Assembly: GCA_958296135.2 (NCBI GenBank)
Contig: CATQHZ020000001.1
Location: forward strand, 2,560,001-2,624,000
Direction of reading: 5' to 3'
DNA: 64,000 bases
Origin: an uncultured Poribacteria bacterium
GTDB taxonomy: Bacteria > Poribacteria > WGA-4E > WGA-3G
Shown: positions 40,106 through 50,049 of the stretch, one piece after another
Numbering within the stretch: the stretch's first letter is position 1
Layout: each line of letters begins with the position of its first letter
The notes under the pieces: model-generated
What the model was told of the DNA's origin: nothing
Database searches by the model: none
The model's input: the letters and a program-made list of their open reading frames with translations, nothing else
Position numbers and translations under genes: made by a program

Positions 40106-40334
40106 CACGGTCACGTCTACAGCAAACAGGCGTGTGTCGCACCGCGAAAACACGGTCACGTCTACAGCAAACAAGCGTGTGTCGCACCGCGAAAACACGG
40201 TCACGTCTACAGCAAACAGGCGTGTGTCGCACCGCGAAAACACGGTCACGTCTACAGCAAACGGGCGTGTGTCGCACCGCGAAAGCACGGTCACGTCTAC
40301 AGCAAACAAGCGTGTGTCGCACCGCGAAAACACG
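40106..40334. repeat. five tandem 45 bp units
   Basis: CACGGTCACGTCTACAGCAAACAGGCGTGTGTCGCACCGCGAAAA at 40106, 40151, 40196, 40241, 40286. Confidence 0.92.
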
Positions 40335-40347
40335 CAACCTTATTGCA

Positions 40348-42261
40348 ATGGAAGTCTACTTATCGCAAATCAGCCAGAACCTATACCTCCACCATGGACA
40401 TGTCAACACCGGCATTCTCCGCGATGGAAACCGCGCACTCCTCATCGACCCGAGTGGTAGCGCGCTGCAGACGACGCTCGCAGAATTGGGCATCACCGAG
40501 GTGACGCACGTGTTATTCACGCACCATCATCGCGATAACGTCGCCGGTTTTCTGATTCCGGCGAATGCCCGCGTCGGCGTGCCTGCGAAAGGACAGGCGT
40601 GGTTCACCAAGGTAGAAACGTTTTGGAACGATGCGAAATATCGATGGCATCTCTACAACTATCGGCCGCACAACCTGATGCTTGCGGAATCCATCGCCGT
40701 TACGGATACGTATCGTGAAGGTTCTCAGTTTGTGTGCGGAGATGCGAAGATTCGTGTGCTTGAAACGCCGGGGCACACCGATGAAAGCGTCACCTACCTC
40801 ATCGATGTTGACAACGCACGCTTCGCCTTCACCGGAGACCTGGTTTACGACGAAGGCAGACTCTGGGAACTCTATAGCCTCCAAAAAGCGGAAGAGGTGG
40901 GGGTATCCCCAACAAAGTTGGGTAAATCCTCTAACGCGCAGAAAATCGGCGGCTACCACGGGTTCCTCGGCGCGCGCAAGGAAGTGATGGCAAGCCTTGA
41001 AAAAGTTCGCCGCCATGCACCCACCGCACTTATCCCAACGCACGGCAACGTGATGGACAATCCGGGGCTGGCAATCGATAACCTTGAACGGCAATTGTGG
41101 ACATGTTATGATAGATACGTCGCCATCTCCGCGCTGCGGCACTATTTCCCGAAACTGTTCACCGAATTTGAGGGACGCGCGGGACATATACCCATCCGAG
41201 AAGGCACGCCGCCACCCGAATTCTTACGGCACTTCGGCACAACGTGGCTGATTCTCTCCGAGACGAGTGAGGCGTTCGTGATGGACTGCGGCGCGCCAAC
41301 CGTTATCAAACAGATTCAGCGGATGCAAGCCGAAGGAGAGATTTCAGAAGTAACGCAGTTCTGGATAACGCACTATCACGATGACCACGTCGATGCCATC
41401 CCCGCGTTTCAGGAGACTTTCCCTTGTGAGACGCTCACGGATGCAGTCGTCGCGGAAGTCATTGGAAACCCCAAAGCATTCCGCATCCCCTGCATTTCAC
41501 CTGCTGTCACCCGAATTGACAGAATCACGCGGGAAGGCGACTCGTGGCAGTGGAACGAATTCACGATGACAGCATACCATTTCCCAGGGCAGACCTACTA
41601 TCACGGCGGCCTGCTCGTTGAGGGACGCGACGTGCGGATGTTCTTCGCCGGTGACTCTTTCACGATGGCCGGCATCGACGATTACTGCGCCGGCAATCGG
41701 AATCTGTTAGGAGCAGGTGTCGGTTACCAGAAATGTTTGCGCCTCATTCAACAACTCAAGCCGACGCATATTTTCAACTGTCACGTCAATCCGGCTTTCA
41801 ATTTTACCGACGCGGAGATTGAGTGGATGCTGCGCAACCTCACCGAGCGTGAGAAATGCTACACCGCACTTTTCCCGTGGGAGCACGCCAACTACGGCAT
41901 GGACGAACATTGGGTGCGCTGTCATCCGTATGAGCAGGAAGTTGTACCGGGCAAGACCGCGGCGTTCCGCGTGGACATCACGAACCATTCCGAGGAACCG
42001 CGCACCGCGATTGCCCAACCGATTCTCCCAACAGCGTGGGAAACGGACATCGCGCCAGAAAAAACAACCATTCTGCCCAAGAGGGATGGACACATCGATT
42101 TTTCTATCCCCATTCCTGCTGAGGCGGCCATGCATTCCGAGCGGGTTGTCATTCCGGTGGACATCACCTACGACGCGCGTCCCCTCGGGCAATTCCGAGA
42201 AGCAATTTTCTGTATACCCGGTAGGAGGGTTTGTAACCCCGATATTCTCATAAGGAGATAA
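40348..42261 (+). CDS. tandem metallo-beta-lactamase-fold hydrolase
   Basis: THHHRD and THYHDDH motifs, TPGHT, FPGQT. Confidence 0.85.
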   Translation: MEVYLSQISQNLYLHHGHVNTGILRDGNRALLIDPSGSALQTTLAELGITEVTHVLFTHHHRDNVAGFLIPANARVGVPAKGQAWFTKVETFWNDAKYRWHLYNYRPHNLMLAESIAVTDTYREGSQFVCGDAKIRVLETPGHTDESVTYLIDVDNARFAFTGDLVYDEGRLWELYSLQKAEEVGVSPTKLGKSSNAQKIGGYHGFLGARKEVMASLEKVRRHAPTALIPTHGNVMDNPGLAIDNLERQLWTCYDRYVAISALRHYFPKLFTEFEGRAGHIPIREGTPPPEFLRHFGTTWLILSETSEAFVMDCGAPTVIKQIQRMQAEGEISEVTQFWITHYHDDHVDAIPAFQETFPCETLTDAVVAEVIGNPKAFRIPCISPAVTRIDRITREGDSWQWNEFTMTAYHFPGQTYYHGGLLVEGRDVRMFFAGDSFTMAGIDDYCAGNRNLLGAGVGYQKCLRLIQQLKPTHIFNCHVNPAFNFTDAEIEWMLRNLTEREKCYTALFPWEHANYGMDEHWVRCHPYEQEVVPGKTAAFRVDITNHSEEPRTAIAQPILPTAWETDIAPEKTTILPKRDGHIDFSIPIPAEAAMHSERVVIPVDITYDARPLGQFREAIFCIPGRRVCNPDILIRR

Positions 42262-42265
42262 ACCT

Positions 42266-42685
42266 GTGCTAAACCTATCCCATCCCACCGTGGATATCGC
42301 CATTACGTGTAGCAACTTCGCCGAATCTCTCGACTTTTATCACAAAAAGTTAGGGCTCGAGAAGGTGTTAGAACTAGAAATTCCCGAAACGCTAGCAACC
42401 GAGGTAGGACTTGCACCGACAGGTTTCCGGCAAGTCCGCCTCAAGGCAGGCAACACGCTCATCAAACTGATGGACATTGCATCGCCGCCGCCCACGCCAA
42501 CCGAAGCGTTCCCCGCAGGTGTCCGATGGCTCACCTTCTTTGTCGAAGACATTGAGAAAACGGTGGAAAGCCTGAAACGGAACGGCGTGGCATTTTTATC
42601 CGAACCCGTTAGTGCACCGGATGCCGCCGGCGTTGTTTGCGCGAAAGACCCGGACGGCCTCCTCATTGAATTAGTCCAAATCTGA
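42266..42685 (+). CDS. VOC/glyoxalase family protein
   Basis: FYHKKLGL...KDPDGLLIELVQ. Confidence 0.85.
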   Translation: MLNLSHPTVDIAITCSNFAESLDFYHKKLGLEKVLELEIPETLATEVGLAPTGFRQVRLKAGNTLIKLMDIASPPPTPTEAFPAGVRWLTFFVEDIEKTVESLKRNGVAFLSEPVSAPDAAGVVCAKDPDGLLIELVQI

Positions 42686-42762
42686 TTGCCTCAGAAACCT
42701 CCGACGAGCACCCTAGGCAACTTCACAAAAGCGGTTAATTTGGTATGAGACATACAAAAAAT

Positions 42763-43650
42763 ATGAGAAAATTAACGGATACCCAAATCCAGAGTTTCAA
42801 CGACAACGGCTATCTCCTCGTGGAAGACGCGCTTGCCCCGGAAGATCTGAATCCACTCATCGCCGAATTTGAGGAGATTGTCGATACGGGCGCGACGCAA
42901 CTCCACGAGAACGGTGAACTCGACTCTCCGTTCAAAACGGAAGGGTTTGATACGCGCTTAGCGAAAATCACAGCGCAGTCGCCGGTGGTGTTCCAGAAGT
43001 TGTTCAGCGGCGCACACACAGGGCCCGCCCTCTTCGATCTGCTCGTTAATCCGAAACTGCTAGACATCGCCGAATCACTTGTCGGGCCGGAGATTATGTG
43101 TCACCCGGCATATCGCGTGCGTCCAAAACTCCCAGAACACGACAGAACCCTCGTCCCGTGGCACCAAGACGCAGGCTACATGGAACCGGCGTGCGATGCG
43201 GTGTTGCAACTCACGATTTGGATTCCGCTCATCGATGCCACCGTTGAAAACGGATGCTTGGAAGTTATTCCGCATGCGCATCGCGACGGCGTTTTCCGAC
43301 ACCGCCGCGTCAAAGGCAGACCTTATCTCGATATCCACCCGGATGCCTTACCCGATGTGGAACCGGTAATCGTCCCCGTTCACTTTGGCAGCGTGCTACT
43401 TTTCACGAATTTGACCCCGCATCGTTCCATTCCAAACGTCAGCAACCAGGTCCGGTGGAGTGTCGATACGCGTTATCAAAATGCCGCCAAACCGACTGGG
43501 TATCAGCCGGAGGCGGGGTTCCTCGCGCGGAGCCAGAAGAGACACGAAGATGTCGTCACTTCCCCCGCAGAATTTAAGCAGATCCGAGAGAACCATCAGC
43601 CCGGTCCCGGCCCCCAGCGGTGGGCAGAAGAGGAGAGTCACGATGCGTAA
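42763..43650 (+). CDS. phytanoyl-CoA dioxygenase (PhyH) family protein
   Basis: WHQD, WIPL.DAT.ENGCL, PHRS, RWS. Confidence 0.92.
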   Translation: MRKLTDTQIQSFNDNGYLLVEDALAPEDLNPLIAEFEEIVDTGATQLHENGELDSPFKTEGFDTRLAKITAQSPVVFQKLFSGAHTGPALFDLLVNPKLLDIAESLVGPEIMCHPAYRVRPKLPEHDRTLVPWHQDAGYMEPACDAVLQLTIWIPLIDATVENGCLEVIPHAHRDGVFRHRRVKGRPYLDIHPDALPDVEPVIVPVHFGSVLLFTNLTPHRSIPNVSNQVRWSVDTRYQNAAKPTGYQPEAGFLARSQKRHEDVVTSPAEFKQIRENHQPGPGPQRWAEEESHDA

Positions 43651-44161
43651 ATTCCGCCGATTCCTTCCAATAGGCGCGCCCTCCCGGGCGCGATTTTTCC
43701 TACACTGCGGCTTCCTTCTCACGCTTGCATTCGCGATGAGCGGCGCAACACCTGCGGGCCCAGAAGTCCCTCCAAAACCGAAGGAGATGGAGTGTCGCGG
43801 CAAAATCGTCTGTCTCGCGGAGGAGATGCATACACGCTACAACGCTGAGCTCTTCGGTAACCACGAACATCTGAACGGCCTCAAAACCGAGGATGGCGAC
43901 TACTACACTCTCCTGCGCACCTCGTTGGCAGAGGCGTTATTCGTAGACAAACGGCTGCACGAAAAAGAACTGATTATCACCGGGCGCGTTTTTCCGAAAA
44001 CCCGGTTGCTTGAGGTGATTCGGTTTTCGTCCATCCGCGATGGCATTGTGCACGAAATCTATTACTACTGCGACACCTGCTACATTCGCACCGTTGCCCC
44101 CGGCAATTGCGACTGTTGTCAGGCACCCGTTGTGCTGATTGAGAAACCGAAGCACCTATAA
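43643..44161 (+). CDS. exported hypothetical protein with C-terminal CxxC...CxCC metal site
   Basis: RBS GAGGAG; YYYCDTC...PGNCDCCQAP. Confidence 0.7.
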   Translation: MRKFRRFLPIGAPSRARFFLHCGFLLTLAFAMSGATPAGPEVPPKPKEMECRGKIVCLAEEMHTRYNAELFGNHEHLNGLKTEDGDYYTLLRTSLAEALFVDKRLHEKELIITGRVFPKTRLLEVIRFSSIRDGIVHEIYYYCDTCYIRTVAPGNCDCCQAPVVLIEKPKHL

Positions 44162-44361
44162 ACGCCGTGCGGAGGCCTGTCCCCCGCAAACCTCACACAG
44201 CCCCTTGGAACGTAGCGCGGGGGCCGTCACGGTCACGCCTACAGAAAACGTGCGTGTGTCGCCCCGCGAAAACACGCCACCTTTAACGCTATCATCTCTG
44301 CAGCCTCGCTGCAGAGATATCCACTGTCCCCCGCGAACATCGCACAGCGAGGAAACAAACT

Positions 44362-45573
44362 ATGCCTTTTAGAGAACCTTACCAATTCCGTCCGAAAATC
44401 GCCGCCATTGCGACAATTTACCATAAATACTCGCACGCGCAACACATCGTCGACCGGTTTTTAGACGGATACGGCTGGAACAGCCGCCACCATTACCCTA
44501 AGATGGATTTGGTTTCTCTCCACGTGGAACAGGTGGGAGAAAATGACCTGGGCTGTGAACGCCTGCAACGCTACCCACTCGTGGAATCCTATCCCACTAT
44601 TGCAGAAACGTTGACGCGCGGCGGCGAAGAAATCGCCATCGATGGTGTGCTCCTCATCGGTGAACACGGCGAATATCCCACTAACGAAAAGGGACAACGC
44701 CTCTATCCGCGCTATGAACACTTCAAGCAGGCAGCAGAAGTCTTTGAAAAGAGCGGACGCGGCGTGCCTGTCTTTAACGATAAACACCTTTCGTGGAATT
44801 GGGAGTGGGCGCGCGAGATGTATGACATCTCCCAATCGATGGAATTCGCGTTCATGGCAGGCTCTTCGCTACCCGTTACGTGGCGCACCCCGTCCATTGA
44901 GATGCCACTCGGCACACCGGTATCCGAAGCCGTGTGCGTCGGATACGGCGGCGTGGATAGTTACGATTTCCATGCACTAGAGACACTGCAGTGCATGGTG
45001 GAACGGCGCGAAGGTGGGGAAACCGGGGTGAAGTGGCTGCAGGCATATCGCGGCGACGCATTCTGGGAAGCACACCACACCGGACTCTGGTCCCGCGAAC
45101 TCTTTGAATGCGCGCTTTGCCGCAGTCATACGTTGACACCGGCACGCGCAGGGTTCAACAATCCGTTCCCGACATTGGACGAAATGAAGCAGATTGTCAC
45201 AGAACCGATCGCGTATCACTACGAACATTGCGATGGACTAAAATCCACGATGATTCTGATGAACGGATTGGTGCAGGATTTCAACTTCGCAGCCTATATC
45301 CGGAACGACAACGCCGTGTTATCCACGCAAATGTATCTCCCGATGCCGCCCGCACGGACAACCTTGGCAAACTTCTTTTCACCGCTCGTCAACAACATCG
45401 AACAGATGTTTGTGACAGGCAAGGCAACCTACCCAGTTGAACGCACGTTGCTGACAACGGGGCTCGTGGCAGCAGGCGTTGACAGCCTGTTTGCAGATGG
45501 CGCGATGCAGGAAACACCGCACCTAGACATCGCCTATCAAGCGACAGAAGAGTCAACGTTCTGGAGAACCTAA
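44362..45573 (+). CDS. conserved hypothetical protein (Rossmann/Gfo-Idh-MocA-like), paralog 1
   Basis: SHAQH, VLLIGEHGEYP, FNDKHLS, AGSSLP, HALE. Confidence 0.75.
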   Translation: MPFREPYQFRPKIAAIATIYHKYSHAQHIVDRFLDGYGWNSRHHYPKMDLVSLHVEQVGENDLGCERLQRYPLVESYPTIAETLTRGGEEIAIDGVLLIGEHGEYPTNEKGQRLYPRYEHFKQAAEVFEKSGRGVPVFNDKHLSWNWEWAREMYDISQSMEFAFMAGSSLPVTWRTPSIEMPLGTPVSEAVCVGYGGVDSYDFHALETLQCMVERREGGETGVKWLQAYRGDAFWEAHHTGLWSRELFECALCRSHTLTPARAGFNNPFPTLDEMKQIVTEPIAYHYEHCDGLKSTMILMNGLVQDFNFAAYIRNDNAVLSTQMYLPMPPARTTLANFFSPLVNNIEQMFVTGKATYPVERTLLTTGLVAAGVDSLFADGAMQETPHLDIAYQATEESTFWRT

Positions 45574-45623
45574 CATGTCGCCTGTCAGGGCAGATGTCTC
45601 TATCCGCCCGCTTGGAGGAACTC

Positions 45624-46799
45624 ATGACTACCAAACGCATTGCAGTCATCACTACCATTTACCGCTACCTATCGCACGCGCAGCACTTCGCTGACCGGTT
45701 TCTCGTCGGCTATCCCCGCGAAGGCAGATGGCACCGCCCAGATATGAAAATCGTCTCCCTCTACGTCGCTCAGCGGCCCGAAGGAGACCAGGCTCAAGAC
45801 CGGGCGCGTGAATTCGGCTTCGCTGTCTATCCCACAATCGCCGAAGCACTCCGCTGCGGCGGCGATGAACTCGCCGTTGATGCGGTGCTGCTCATCGGCG
45901 AACACGGCGAGTATCCCAGCAACGAAAAAGGACAGGTGCTTTATCCGCGGTACGAATTTTTCAAGGAATGCATCAAGGTATTCGAGGAAGACGGCCGCGC
46001 CGTGCCTATCTTCAATGACAAACACCTCTCCTATAGTTTTGAGAAAGCACAAGAGATGGTTGCCGATGCGCATCGCCTCAGCTTCGGGTTACTCGCCGGC
46101 TCATCGCTCCCTGTCACATGGCGGCTGCCCGATGTCGAATTGCCGATGGAATGCGAGATAGTCGACGCGCTCATGGTAGGTGTGGGCGGCTCCGACCCGA
46201 TGGATTATCACGCCTTGGAAGCGATGCAGTGCATGATTGAACGCCGAAAAGGCGGCGAAACCGGCGTGTATGCCGTCCAAATGCTAGAAGGCGATGCCGT
46301 TTGGGAAGAAACAGGTGCCTTCTCGCACGAACTTTTAGAAGCCGCGCTCTCCCGAAGCGATACACCCTGCGGATTGACGCTAGAGGACGGCAGAACGCAA
46401 GCTCTGCTCGGTAGCGGCGAATTGAAGAAACTCGTCGAAAATCCATCCGCCTACTTCATCCACTACGAGGATGGCCTGAATGCAACGCTCCTCATGCTCA
46501 ACGGAGCCGTGCGAGATTACTGCTTCGCCGCGCGGTTGAAGGATAATCCCGTGCCGGTGTCAACGCAGTTTTTCTTAACGCCTACCCCGAATGTCACTTA
46601 TTCGGCGTGCCTCATCGCGAAGATAGAGGCACTTTTTGAAACCGGTGTCGCGCCGTATCCGGCAGAGCGCACAATGCTGGTTAGCGGCATTTTGGAGAGT
46701 TGTCTGACATCCCGCGTTCAGGGGTATCGGAAGTTAGAGACACCACATCTTGCGGTTTCATATCGCGCGCCGGCGGAATCACAGCACGCGCGTCGGTAA
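45624..46799 (+). CDS. conserved hypothetical protein, paralog 2
   Basis: Same motifs as 44362-45573; RBS GGAGG before ATG 45624. Confidence 0.75.
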   Translation: MTTKRIAVITTIYRYLSHAQHFADRFLVGYPREGRWHRPDMKIVSLYVAQRPEGDQAQDRAREFGFAVYPTIAEALRCGGDELAVDAVLLIGEHGEYPSNEKGQVLYPRYEFFKECIKVFEEDGRAVPIFNDKHLSYSFEKAQEMVADAHRLSFGLLAGSSLPVTWRLPDVELPMECEIVDALMVGVGGSDPMDYHALEAMQCMIERRKGGETGVYAVQMLEGDAVWEETGAFSHELLEAALSRSDTPCGLTLEDGRTQALLGSGELKKLVENPSAYFIHYEDGLNATLLMLNGAVRDYCFAARLKDNPVPVSTQFFLTPTPNVTYSACLIAKIEALFETGVAPYPAERTMLVSGILESCLTSRVQGYRKLETPHLAVSYRAPAESQHARR

Positions 46800-46991
46800 C
46801 ATCTCTCGTTCGTAAGGGAAACGTTTTCATCTTTTCTCCTGAGCCTAGCGAGGGGAACCCTCGGCGATTCGCGCTCGCCGGGTTTTCCCTCGCCCTACGG
46901 TGGAAACGGAACGGTAGGAGAAACCGCCCGCGTCTCAACTCTCCCGGTACGGACAGGCCCTCGCCCCACAGAAAAGGAAGGCAGAGAATGC

Positions 46992-48698
46992 CTATTTCCT
47001 CACCAGCATTTTCCCTGTCGCCGAGAAATCGCCAGCGGTGAGCGTGTAAAAATAAATCCCGCTTGCCACAGGCTCACCGAGTTCATTGCGGCCGTCCCAA
47101 TAGGCAGCGCGGCTCCTACTCCGATACAGCCCCGCGGGCCGATGTCCCAACGCCAACGTCCGAACCAATGTCCCGTCCACGGCGTAAATAGTCAGTGTAA
47201 CATCCGCAGGCTGGGCAAGTTGATACGGCACCCATGTTTCCGGGTTGAACGGATTCGGGTAATTGGGCAATAGAGCCGTCTCTTTCGGCTTCGCCTCTAT
47301 CTGCCTCAGCGTCGCCAAGAGCTGCTCAAGCACGCGAATTCCCTTTTCATAAGTAGGTTCGCGTGTACCAAACTGCTTCGCTTGGCGAATCCACTGCTGA
47401 ACATCCGCCGCAGTGAAAGCCAAGGGCACCTGCGAATGTGAAGGCGCAGAGAGTTCATCGGCACCGAGCCAACTCGCAACTTGCAGCAGGTCATCGATGT
47501 CAACCGCTCCATCTCCGTTCACGTCGGCGGCCTGCACCAGACGGGTATCGGCATTATTGACGAGCCCATCCCCGTTAACGTCCGCCGTATTCGGCAAGGT
47601 TCGCCCGAAATATTGGGCAACGAACTTTAAATCTTGCAGGTTGACGACACCGTCGCTGTTGACATCCTTCGGGAACTCAATATGATCATCGTAAAGATTC
47701 CAGACTCTTGCGACAGCATCATACTCAAAATAGTATAGGCGAGCATCCGCATCGGTTCTGTGATTCTGGTAGTTTGCGCCGAAGTGACCCCCTTCAGCGG
47801 GAACTGTCCAGACATCGTCACCTACAGCGATTTTAGGATCTCCTTGGAGAACTGTTGGTCCCTGCCAATAGTGATAAAAAGCACCGCCGGGGTTGAGAGA
47901 AGATTGCACCCACCTGTCATCATTTGACCATTTGACATGATAGGTTATCCTAAACGCCGAACGGTTTGTGATTTTGAACGTATGCACAGGTTGCACTGTA
48001 TTCAGCAAGGTCTCTATGTGTTTCACGCGCACGGCCCAAGCATTCACAGCATCGTCGCTCAACGCGATAATCCCAATGAGCACACCTTGTGCGTTGAGAA
48101 CCGGCCCACCGCTGTTGCCGCCCAACACATTCGCATTGAGGAACAAATAACCTTCATCCAGCCCTTGGTAAAGCCCGGGAGTCCAACGCCACAGGTCCAG
48201 TGCCACAGGGTTACCGAGAATATGGACAGTCCCTCCAAAGCGAGGTGTCAGGGGAACCGGCGGGTTGAAGTCGTGGCGAATCTCGCGCGCAGTCGCGGGG
48301 AGCCCCGTGAGCTCAACGATAGCCAGGTCTCTTGTAACATTTTTTGCGATGACACGGCCCGAAGTAGCATAGCCGAGTCGTTCAAGAAACTCGTAATTCG
48401 TCTCATAGTAGTCCCGGCTCTGGATAAGCCGTCCATTGAGGTCTGGGACAGGGAAAAATACCTCTACCCTCTCCGCGCTGCCTGTCACTTGTGCGTTGGT
48501 AACGACAAACCGCTTGTCTCTGTCAATCAGGACACCGCTGCCCTGACTGGCATCGGTATTAATCCACACCACAGAATGCATCGCCTCAGCATAAATCTGA
48601 TCTGCTGGGAGATTTTGCGCGTGGCTAACGCCCTGCGTACTAGAGGCCAGCAAGGCGATGGTTAAAATAAGCACGATAATTTTCTGATGTTTCACCAT
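46992..48698 (-). CDS. secreted trypsin-like protein with dockerin/EF-hand repeats and FlgD/T9SS-type CTD
   Basis: GSGV, DLAI, GNSGGP; DVNxDG repeats; NYPNPFNPETW...WDGRN.GE.VASGIYFY. Confidence 0.88.
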   Translation of the reverse strand: MVKHQKIIVLILTIALLASSTQGVSHAQNLPADQIYAEAMHSVVWINTDASQGSGVLIDRDKRFVVTNAQVTGSAERVEVFFPVPDLNGRLIQSRDYYETNYEFLERLGYATSGRVIAKNVTRDLAIVELTGLPATAREIRHDFNPPVPLTPRFGGTVHILGNPVALDLWRWTPGLYQGLDEGYLFLNANVLGGNSGGPVLNAQGVLIGIIALSDDAVNAWAVRVKHIETLLNTVQPVHTFKITNRSAFRITYHVKWSNDDRWVQSSLNPGGAFYHYWQGPTVLQGDPKIAVGDDVWTVPAEGGHFGANYQNHRTDADARLYYFEYDAVARVWNLYDDHIEFPKDVNSDGVVNLQDLKFVAQYFGRTLPNTADVNGDGLVNNADTRLVQAADVNGDGAVDIDDLLQVASWLGADELSAPSHSQVPLAFTAADVQQWIRQAKQFGTREPTYEKGIRVLEQLLATLRQIEAKPKETALLPNYPNPFNPETWVPYQLAQPADVTLTIYAVDGTLVRTLALGHRPAGLYRSRSRAAYWDGRNELGEPVASGIYFYTLTAGDFSATGKMLVRK

Positions 48699-49003
48699 AA
48701 TAAAACTCCTTTGAATTCGTGATTTCAAAGTGAAATCCGATTAAATTGCGCGAGGCGCGCCGTGAGTTCACGTAATGTGATAGTTACGCGCTAAGTCTCT
48801 CGCGACTGTAGCTGATTTTTGGCATGGTGTGTTCCTTGACATGCCTTAAAACTCCACATACACCCCGCAGCACCGGGGTTAATTATACCACATTTTGACG
48901 ATGTTTTCAAGTGAAATCGTTCTTCAACCACGGCGGAAACCCCAAAGGCTGATGAACGAGAGAAACACGGATGAAGACATGCCGCAGACAGGCACGGAGG
49001 CTT

Positions 49004-49909
49004 TTACGGGAACAGCTGCTTCAACAGATATGGCAACGCTGTCGTGAAAATCGCCGTGAGCGCGCTCGCAATGATGGCAATTTTCGCGAGGCGGCGGTTC
49101 TCTCGTTGCTGCTGCGCCTCACGCTCCTGTTGCTGTTCCTCACGCTCCTGCGCGTCGCGTTTCTCCCGCTCTTCCAATATCGTCACCACCTTGTTGACAA
49201 CGGCTTTCACCTCTTGCACATCGGTTTTCACCTCTTGCACATCGGCTTTTACCTCTTGCACATCGGCTTCCACGCGTGTCAGCCGTTCGCTGTTGGATTT
49301 GCCTTGCGCCTCCACACTGACCAGCCGTTCGCTGTTGGATTTGCCCAGGGCTGCCACACTGACTAGCTGTTCGCTGTTGGCTTTCCCTTGCGCCTCCACG
49401 CGCGCCAACTGTTCGCTGTTGGATTTGCCCAGGGCTTCCACACTGACTAGCCGTTCGCTGTTGGATTTGCCCAGGGCTTCCACACTGACTAGCTGTTCGC
49501 TGTTGGCTCTCCCTTGTGCCTCCACGCGCGCCAACTGTTCGCTGTTGGATTTTCCTTGCGCCTCCACGCGTGTCAGCCGTTCGCTGTTGGATTTGCCCAG
49601 GGCTGTCACACTGACTAACTGTTCGCTGTTGGCTCTCCCTTGTGCCTCCACGCGCGCCAACTGTTCGCTGTTGGCTTTGCTCAGGGCTGCCACACTGACT
49701 AACTGTTCGCTGTTGGCTTTCCCTTGTGCCTCCACGCGCGCCAACTGTTCGCTGTTGGCTCTCCCTTGTGCTGCCACACTGGTTAACTGTTCGCTGTTGG
49801 CTCTCCCTTGCGCTTCCACGCGTGTCAGCCGTTCGTTGTTGGCTTCCCCCTGGGTTTCCACACGGGCCAGCCGGTCGATGGTGTCTTCTCGGAATTCCTG
49901 ATCGTTCAT
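49004..49909 (-). CDS. 14-aa repeat coiled-coil protein with C-terminal TM helix
   Basis: RBS AGGAGG; tandem EQLARVEAQGRANS/EQLVSVAALGKSNS; IAIIASALTAIFTTAL tail. Confidence 0.8.
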   Translation of the reverse strand: MNDQEFREDTIDRLARVETQGEANNERLTRVEAQGRANSEQLTSVAAQGRANSEQLARVEAQGKANSEQLVSVAALSKANSEQLARVEAQGRANSEQLVSVTALGKSNSERLTRVEAQGKSNSEQLARVEAQGRANSEQLVSVEALGKSNSERLVSVEALGKSNSEQLARVEAQGKANSEQLVSVAALGKSNSERLVSVEAQGKSNSERLTRVEADVQEVKADVQEVKTDVQEVKAVVNKVVTILEEREKRDAQEREEQQQEREAQQQRENRRLAKIAIIASALTAIFTTALPYLLKQLFP

Positions 49910-50049
49910 AATCTCCTCCTTTTCGGTTCCGCGGATGGGGTATCCGTCCGTTTTGCACATTTTAACACATAACCGGGAAAATGTGCCAATTCATTTTCAT
50001 TCGGCGAGTGTCAGCGCGGAAATACTACATTTTTCGGAAGTGCAGCGCC

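Noticed and set aside
40106-40334. CRISPR array or coding N-terminal extension of the MBL gene (ORF from 39949)
   Set aside because: Head-to-tail units have no unique spacers; the 45 bp period keeps frames open by chance, and the extension overlaps the sulfatase-like gene
49044-49958. Long alternative-frame ORFs (49044-49901 +, 49140-49958 -)
   Set aside because: Shadows of the 42 bp repeat; only the 49909 frame has a strong RBS and sensible architecture
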